Source: a virus | Taxonomy: Duplodnaviria; Caudoviricetes | DNA length: 24,366 nt | IMG/VR virus record: IMGVR_UViG_3300021959_000376 | Location: 1-24,366 of that record | Direction: 5' to 3' (one strand) | Part shown: positions 19,201-24,366 of the stretch, piece after piece | How positions within the stretch are numbered: the first letter of the stretch is position 1 | Layout of the letters: each line of letters opens with the position of its first letter | Program-made: the position numbers and the translations under genes | Notes under the pieces: model-generated | What the model saw: only the letters and a program-made list of their open reading frames with translations | Database searches by the model: none | Told to the model about the DNA's origin: nothing

Positions 19201-19797
19201 ATGAATACAGATAGTATTGGAATTAAAACTATGAGTTTTAAGTTCCCAGAAGTGAATTGTCGGGAGATGATAGAAATATTTGAAGCCGCAATGCTCACAG
19301 AACCAGCTACAGCGCACGAATCAATTCCAAACAAACCCAATGCAATGGCTAGAAATGATTTTTATCATATTCTAGATGTATTTGAGCCCAAACACGCTAT
19401 ATTAGTAAACGAATATCTTGACAAAGCGTTTCAAGAATACTCTGATACTTTTCCAATTCTTAGAGAAGAAAACATATATAGTATTAAACAGAAAATTCAA
19501 AAGACTCCTGTAGGTGGAGGCTTTCACAGATGGCATTGTGATAATTTAAGTCCTACAACTTCACGCAGAATACTAGTATGGATGATTTATTTGAATACTG
19601 TAGATGAAGGCGGAGAAACAGAATTTTTGTATCAAAGTGAAAGAACTAAACCAGAACAAGGAAAAATAGTTTTAGCGCCTGCTGATTTTATGCACACACA
19701 TAGAGGCAATCCGCCAATCTCAAACGACAAATACATTATTACAGGGTTCTTTAATATCAGTACGCATGGCGAAGATATAGATATGTTACTAGTATGA
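19201..19797 (+). CDS. 2OG-Fe(II) oxygenase superfamily protein
   Basis: Double-stranded beta-helix motifs GGGFHRWHCD (HxD), LVWMIYLN, GGETEF, HTHRGNPP (distal His) and KYIITG, typical of phage prolyl-hydroxylase-like oxygenases. The start was moved from GTG19195 to ATG19201 based on SD spacing. Confidence 0.88.
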   Translation: MNTDSIGIKTMSFKFPEVNCREMIEIFEAAMLTEPATAHESIPNKPNAMARNDFYHILDVFEPKHAILVNEYLDKAFQEYSDTFPILREENIYSIKQKIQKTPVGGGFHRWHCDNLSPTTSRRILVWMIYLNTVDEGGETEFLYQSERTKPEQGKIVLAPADFMHTHRGNPPISNDKYIITGFFNISTHGEDIDMLLV

Positions 19798-20342
19798 ACG
19801 AAATCTTATTAACTAAAGTAGAAACGCACAATGTTATTAAAGATACATTGCTTGATTTAATTAATTCTCAACCTAGTGGGCCAAATGATAATACAAACGA
19901 TAAAGTAAGTAGATTAGATTGGTATCAATCAGAAGATTTTACTAGAAAGTGGGTTCAATATTTTATGCCACATTTTAACAAAACTTATCAATCGCTTGTG
20001 GATAAGCTTGGTTATAAAACTTTTGATGTAAGAGGAATTTGGTATCAACAATATGAACACAATGATGTACATGAATGGCATTTGCACAGCGACAACTATA
20101 CTGGATTGTATTACTTAGAAATGCCTAATCCTGTCGAAACACAAATTTATAGCAATGACGAAATAATAGATTTGCCAGTATCAGAAGGCGATTTGGTTAT
20201 ATTTCCTGGTTATAGAATACATAAAGCGCCGACTAATGTAGCAAAAACACGAAAGACAATTATATCTTTTAATGTTAATTTCGAAGGCATACAAGAAAAA
20301 CTTCTTACAAAAATTAAAAAATTAGAAGATGAGCGTAAATAG
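19794..20342 (+). CDS. Putative 2OG-Fe(II) oxygenase (HxH-type, 2OG-FeII_Oxy_5-like)
   Basis: WYQQY..HEWHLH..YTGLYYL..EGDLVIFP..IHK..RKTIISFN. ATGA overlap with the upstream gene. Confidence 0.75.
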   Translation: MNEILLTKVETHNVIKDTLLDLINSQPSGPNDNTNDKVSRLDWYQSEDFTRKWVQYFMPHFNKTYQSLVDKLGYKTFDVRGIWYQQYEHNDVHEWHLHSDNYTGLYYLEMPNPVETQIYSNDEIIDLPVSEGDLVIFPGYRIHKAPTNVAKTRKTIISFNVNFEGIQEKLLTKIKKLEDERK

Positions 20343-21828
20343 TATTTGTATTGTCGGCGGTGGCTCAAGTGGGTGGATGATGGCTGTAGCTTTAAACAAA
20401 CAATTGCCACATATTAAAGTTACATTAGTTGAATCACCTAATGTGCCAGTTATAGGCGTAGGTGAATCAACAATACCATTTACAACTGCATTTATTAAAG
20501 ATACTCTAGGCTTTAAAGAAAAAGAGTGGATGCCCTTTTGTGATGCTACATACAAAGCGGCTATTAAATTTAACAATTTTACTTCTGAAAAAAGTATCTG
20601 TTATCATCCTTTTTGGACAAGAGAAGAACAAGATTTAAACCCTTATGACTGGGCAATTAAACAAGAACTTACAAATTTAGACAAGCCTGACACAGATGAT
20701 TATTACGGCACAAACTTTATTGGTTATCATATGGGCGAGAACAATAAGTTTGATTGTTTGCCAGACGAAGGATTTTCTTATGCTCATCATATAGATGCAA
20801 TTAAATTTGGACAATATTGCAAAACTAAATTTAAAGGTACACACATACTTGCTAATGTAGACCATGTAAAAGTTGATGGTTCTACAATTGTTTCAGTAAC
20901 TACAGACAAAGGGTTAATAGAAGCTGATATGTTTATAGACTGTACTGGATTGAAGTGCCTGTTGATTGATGGCGCTTTGAAAGAACCATTTGAGTCAATA
21001 AATGATACTTTATTAAATGATACTGCTATTACTTGTCGTATGCCTTATGTCAATAAGTCTAAAGAATTAGAGCCATTTACAGACTGTACTGCGCTTTCAT
21101 CAGGCTGGGTGTGGAACGCACCTTTATGGTCACGGATGGGCACAGGATATGTATTTAGTAGTAGATTTCAGTCGCAAGAAGATGCACAGAAAGAATTTAA
21201 AAACTATTTAGTTAAACGCTTTGATAAAAAACGAGTTGACAATGCAGAGTTTAATGTTGTTCAGTTTAAGACAGGAAAGTACAAACGAGGATGGGTAGGC
21301 AATTGTCTTGCACTCACTTTAGCTTCAGGATTTATAGAGCCTTTAGAATCAACTGGTCTTGCTATAACTGGATATCAAATAGAAGAATTCATTAAACAAA
21401 TCAAAACTTCTAATAATTCAGCTTTCGTCAGAGCTTCTTACAATAAAAAACTAGATGAAATATTTAAAGATACACACAATTTTGTGTTGTTACATTATGT
21501 AAATACTACTAGAGATGATAGTCCATATTGGAAATACATACAAAATAACATTAAAATTACTGACGACTTTGTTGATTATAGTACAAATATTAGAAGTGAT
21601 TGGTTTGATATAAAATCTAAAGACTGTATTTTGATAGGAATGAACTACCCAGTAAAAAATTTAATGTGGAGAGATGTAGAATTAAATCAGTACACCAAAT
21701 CTCAACATAAAGAAATATTAAAAGAGCTTAGTTATTTAAAAAATAGAAAAGCGTATTATATAGAGAAAACTGAAGAAATGTCATTGGTGACTGATTACTT
21801 AGAAAAAAACATATACTCAACATTATGA
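20329..21828 (+). CDS. prnA: Flavin-dependent tryptophan halogenase family protein (PrnA-like)
   Basis: 499 aa. FAD-binding IVGGGSSGWM, IGVGEST, catalytic-Lys region DATYKxxIKF, FIDCTG, GWVWNAP (WxWxIP variant), GYVFSS and SGFIEPLESTG. The substrate is not necessarily free Trp. Confidence 0.9.
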   Translation: MSVNSICIVGGGSSGWMMAVALNKQLPHIKVTLVESPNVPVIGVGESTIPFTTAFIKDTLGFKEKEWMPFCDATYKAAIKFNNFTSEKSICYHPFWTREEQDLNPYDWAIKQELTNLDKPDTDDYYGTNFIGYHMGENNKFDCLPDEGFSYAHHIDAIKFGQYCKTKFKGTHILANVDHVKVDGSTIVSVTTDKGLIEADMFIDCTGLKCLLIDGALKEPFESINDTLLNDTAITCRMPYVNKSKELEPFTDCTALSSGWVWNAPLWSRMGTGYVFSSRFQSQEDAQKEFKNYLVKRFDKKRVDNAEFNVVQFKTGKYKRGWVGNCLALTLASGFIEPLESTGLAITGYQIEEFIKQIKTSNNSAFVRASYNKKLDEIFKDTHNFVLLHYVNTTRDDSPYWKYIQNNIKITDDFVDYSTNIRSDWFDIKSKDCILIGMNYPVKNLMWRDVELNQYTKSQHKEILKELSYLKNRKAYYIEKTEEMSLVTDYLEKNIYSTL

Positions 21829-21848
21829 ATAAAGAGAATGGTTAATAT

Positions 21849-21856
21849 TATAAATA
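21849..21856 (+). promoter_or_regulatory. T4-type late promoter (TATAAATA)
   Basis: Exact consensus in the intergenic gap, with SD AGGA at 21878-21881 and ATG21889. Confidence 0.7.
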
Positions 21857-21888
21857 TAAGTAAATCACTAAATTTATAGGAAATTTGA

Positions 21889-22221
21889 ATGGCAACGATA
21901 CAAAATCTTACAATCGACCAAGATGCTGATTTCACACAGACATTAACCATTAAAGATTCTACTGGAACTGTTGTCGATATATCAGGACAAACAGTTACAA
22001 GTAAACTGAGAAAGACTCATCTATCATCAAGTGCTACAGCATTTACTACTGCAATTGTAAGTGGTACTGACGGCACATGTTCAATTACACTCACAGATAC
22101 AGTAACAGCTTCTCTTACTGAAGGACGGTATGTGTGGGATTTAACAACAACCACTAGTGGTGGGTTAATTACTAGACGAATTGAAGGAAGAGTTACAGTA
22201 ACGCCTAGTGTAACAAGATAA
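21889..22221 (+). CDS. Small conserved virion structural protein (beta-sandwich type)
   Basis: 110 aa: NLTIDQxADF..LRK..G...LT...TA.L..GRYVWDL..RRIEGRVTVTPSVT. I recognise this family from the tail regions of T4-like marine phages. Confidence 0.7.
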   Translation: MATIQNLTIDQDADFTQTLTIKDSTGTVVDISGQTVTSKLRKTHLSSSATAFTTAIVSGTDGTCSITLTDTVTASLTEGRYVWDLTTTTSGGLITRRIEGRVTVTPSVTR

Positions 22222-22225
22222 ATAT

Positions 22226-23320
22226 ATGAGTAAGAACTACAAAGGTTGGTCGCCACATCTAGTATCTAGATTTGAAGAAAACAAAAAGGAACTAGAGATA
22301 GATATAGACCCAGATATAGAGAAAGAAATTGCTCAGTTACAAGAGGCAAAATTCTCTGAAAAGATTAAAGAAATAAAACTTGTTGACAAGAAAGAAGAAC
22401 AGAAAGTCGAACTTGCAGATGAACTTGGAAGTTTTTTCGGTGCCATCAGTAAGGCAAAGACAGACTTAAGCGAAAAGATTAAGAAAGAGGAAGTCAAAAT
22501 TGAAGGGTTAGAAGAACTGTTCAAAGAAATGGCGGCCGCAAAGAAGAAAAAGAAAGTAGAAAAGAAAGTATTATTAGTAGAACCAGAGAAAGCTCCTACA
22601 AGGTCTCCTGAAGAAGATGAAGGCTATGTAGAAGAATATAAAGCAGAAGAAATAGTTTCTGAATTAGAAGAACTGGCAGTATTAGAAGAAGAAGTTTCAA
22701 CTAAAACTGTAGATAAGATGATTGATAAAGTTAAGAAGCAAATTTCTAGTATGAAAAATGCTAACGAACTTGATAAAGAAAGAATTAAACAATTATCAGA
22801 CCTTGACACTTGGGAGAAACTTAAAGAAGAATTTTTAAATTTCAAACATGTAGTCAATGTTCAGTTAGGAACAGTAGGCGGTGGAGGTTTAGACCCTCAC
22901 AACATTTATTCAGACTTTTTGCCAGCGCAAACTAATACTTACAATTTAGGTAGTGCGAATAGACGATGGAAAGATATATTTCTTTCTTCTAACTCTATTA
23001 ACTTAGATGGTGCGACAATTTCTTCAGATGGTACAGGTGCAATTGCGATTGCAGCCTCTGGTGCTACATTACCATCAGGTTCTAAAACAGCAGATGGTAA
23101 TGCCCTTGCAGTTATGAGTGCTGACTCAACTGGTACGATTTCTAAACCAATTCGTAGAGTTGATTTCTTTAGTGCAAGTGGAGGACTAAGTACTGCTAAT
23201 GCTACATTTGAATTTAGTGCAGAAGTGCAAGACAGATATGCATTTACCGATAGTAATACTTTTCAATTGGCAAACGGAAGTAATTTAACAGATTCAGGAA
23301 TAACATTGTTCCAATTATAG
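22226..23320 (+). CDS. Hypothetical protein: K/E-rich coiled-coil N-terminus plus fibre-like C-terminus
   Basis: 364 aa. About the first 200 aa are highly charged; then a QLGTVGGGG linker and P..TNTYNLGS..RRWKDIFLS, a motif typical of fibre proteins. Confidence 0.7.
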   Translation: MSKNYKGWSPHLVSRFEENKKELEIDIDPDIEKEIAQLQEAKFSEKIKEIKLVDKKEEQKVELADELGSFFGAISKAKTDLSEKIKKEEVKIEGLEELFKEMAAAKKKKKVEKKVLLVEPEKAPTRSPEEDEGYVEEYKAEEIVSELEELAVLEEEVSTKTVDKMIDKVKKQISSMKNANELDKERIKQLSDLDTWEKLKEEFLNFKHVVNVQLGTVGGGGLDPHNIYSDFLPAQTNTYNLGSANRRWKDIFLSSNSINLDGATISSDGTGAIAIAASGATLPSGSKTADGNALAVMSADSTGTISKPIRRVDFFSASGGLSTANATFEFSAEVQDRYAFTDSNTFQLANGSNLTDSGITLFQL

Positions 23321-23327
23321 GAAGATT

Positions 23328-24366
23328 ATGAGTGCAAAAACACCAATAAGAACAGTTTTTAATGCAAGTGATGTTGCAACAGGATTAGCAGAATATCAAT
23401 CAGGCGAATTTATACCCCTATCACACGGTGGTATTGGCGCCGCTCTTTCGATAGGCACCGCAGGACAAATATTAAAAGTCAATTCTGGCGCAAGTGCATT
23501 AGAATTCGGTGATGTTACTGCAATTGTTAATATTGATGCGGCTACTGACGGTTCTAGTGCTACCTTGGCGGCATCTGATAAGTTTCTTTTCTCAGATGGT
23601 GGTACAGAGAAATACTTACTCGCATCACAGATAGACACTTATGTTTCAGGCACATCATCAACACTTACAAATAAAACATTAACTGCACCGACAATTAATG
23701 GTGTTGTTGGCGGAACTACAACTTCACAAACAATCAGTACATTAACAACAGGTACAATTTCTGGTAGTAGTTTAACTTTAGATTCGGCTGCAGATATTAT
23801 ATTAGATGCTGGTGGTGCTGATGTTTTATTAAAAGATGATGGTACTACTTATGGTTCATTAACAAATTCAAGTGGTGACCTAATTATTAAATCAGGCAGT
23901 ACTACTGCAATAACAATGAGTGGTGCTAATGTTACTGTTGCTGGCGACTTAACTGTTTCTGGTACAACAACTACAGTTGACTCATCAACAATTAATATTC
24001 AAAATGCTTTTGTTTTTGAAGGCGCAACTGCTGATGCACACGAAACAACATTAACAACCGTAGACCCAACTGCTGATAGAACAATATCATTACCAAACGC
24101 AACTGGTACAATTGTTCTAAAAGACACAACAGACACACTAACAAACAAAACTTTAACTGCACCAATAATTAATGCAGCTACAGTAACAGGTGTTGTTCAT
24201 TTTTCAGGCGCAAGTCCACTAGTATTTGAAGGTGCAACAGCTGACGCCTACGAAACAACTTTTACAATTACAGACCCAACGGCAGATAGAACAGTTACAA
24301 TTCAAGACGCTTCTGGTACAGTCGCATACCTAACAGACATTACAGGCGGTGGCGCTTCTGAGTTCT
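23328..24366 (+). CDS. Tail fibre-like protein (3' truncated; not in the ORF track)
   Basis: ATG23328 follows AGGA. Reads MSAKTPIRTVFNASDVATGLAEYQSGEFIPLSHGG.. and stays open to the window end. Contains TLTNKTLTAP, DIILDAGGADVLLKDDGT and two VFEGATADAxETT..DPTADR repeats. Confidence 0.8.
   Translation, partial: MSAKTPIRTVFNASDVATGLAEYQSGEFIPLSHGGIGAALSIGTAGQILKVNSGASALEFGDVTAIVNIDAATDGSSATLAASDKFLFSDGGTEKYLLASQIDTYVSGTSSTLTNKTLTAPTINGVVGGTTTSQTISTLTTGTISGSSLTLDSAADIILDAGGADVLLKDDGTTYGSLTNSSGDLIIKSGSTTAITMSGANVTVAGDLTVSGTTTTVDSSTINIQNAFVFEGATADAHETTLTTVDPTADRTISLPNATGTIVLKDTTDTLTNKTLTAPIINAATVTGVVHFSGASPLVFEGATADAYETTFTITDPTADRTVTIQDASGTVAYLTDITGGGASEF

Noticed and set aside
22217-22224. GATAAATA late-promoter-like box
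   Set aside because: It ends 1 nt before ATG22226, so transcription would start inside the ORF. It also overlaps the upstream stop codon and is probably incidental.
1794-23638. Numerous minus-strand ORFs (e.g. 7836..8273, 9241..9756, 12344..12853, 15841..16332, 17593..18129)
   Set aside because: They are antisense shadows of well-supported + strand genes. The V/P/S-rich and poly-Pro translations mirror Thr/Gly codons, and none has a recognisable motif.

Overview
An AT-rich window with all genes on the + strand. It comes from the baseplate/tail-fibre region of a T4-like myovirus whose gene content resembles marine cyanophage/pelagiphage myoviruses; the host cannot be determined from this window. 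Gene order: 5'-truncated baseplate wedge gp8; a 2042-aa DUF4815/VrlC-like virion protein; a small coiled-coil protein; two paralogous repeat-containing fibre proteins; a 118-aa putative adaptor; two paralogous long fibres ending in peptidase-S74 intramolecular chaperones; a glycine-rich gp38-like adhesin; a hypothetical protein; a Cys-rich microprotein; three enzymes (two Fe(II)/2OG-type oxygenases and a flavin-dependent tryptophan-halogenase homologue); two more structural-type genes; and a 3'-truncated fibre gene absent from the ORF track. Perfect T4 late-promoter boxes (TATAAATA) occur in four intergenic gaps. The most striking observation is the oxygenase-oxygenase-halogenase cassette: it has its own late promoter and lies shortly downstream of the adhesin, within the fibre genes, which suggests (hypothesis) a virion or receptor tailoring system. 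The fibres also look modular: two S74 fibres have near-identical tips but there is only one adhesin, and one ~30-aa repeat is shared by five genes. No rRNA, tRNA, CRISPR, integrase or reverse transcriptase was seen.
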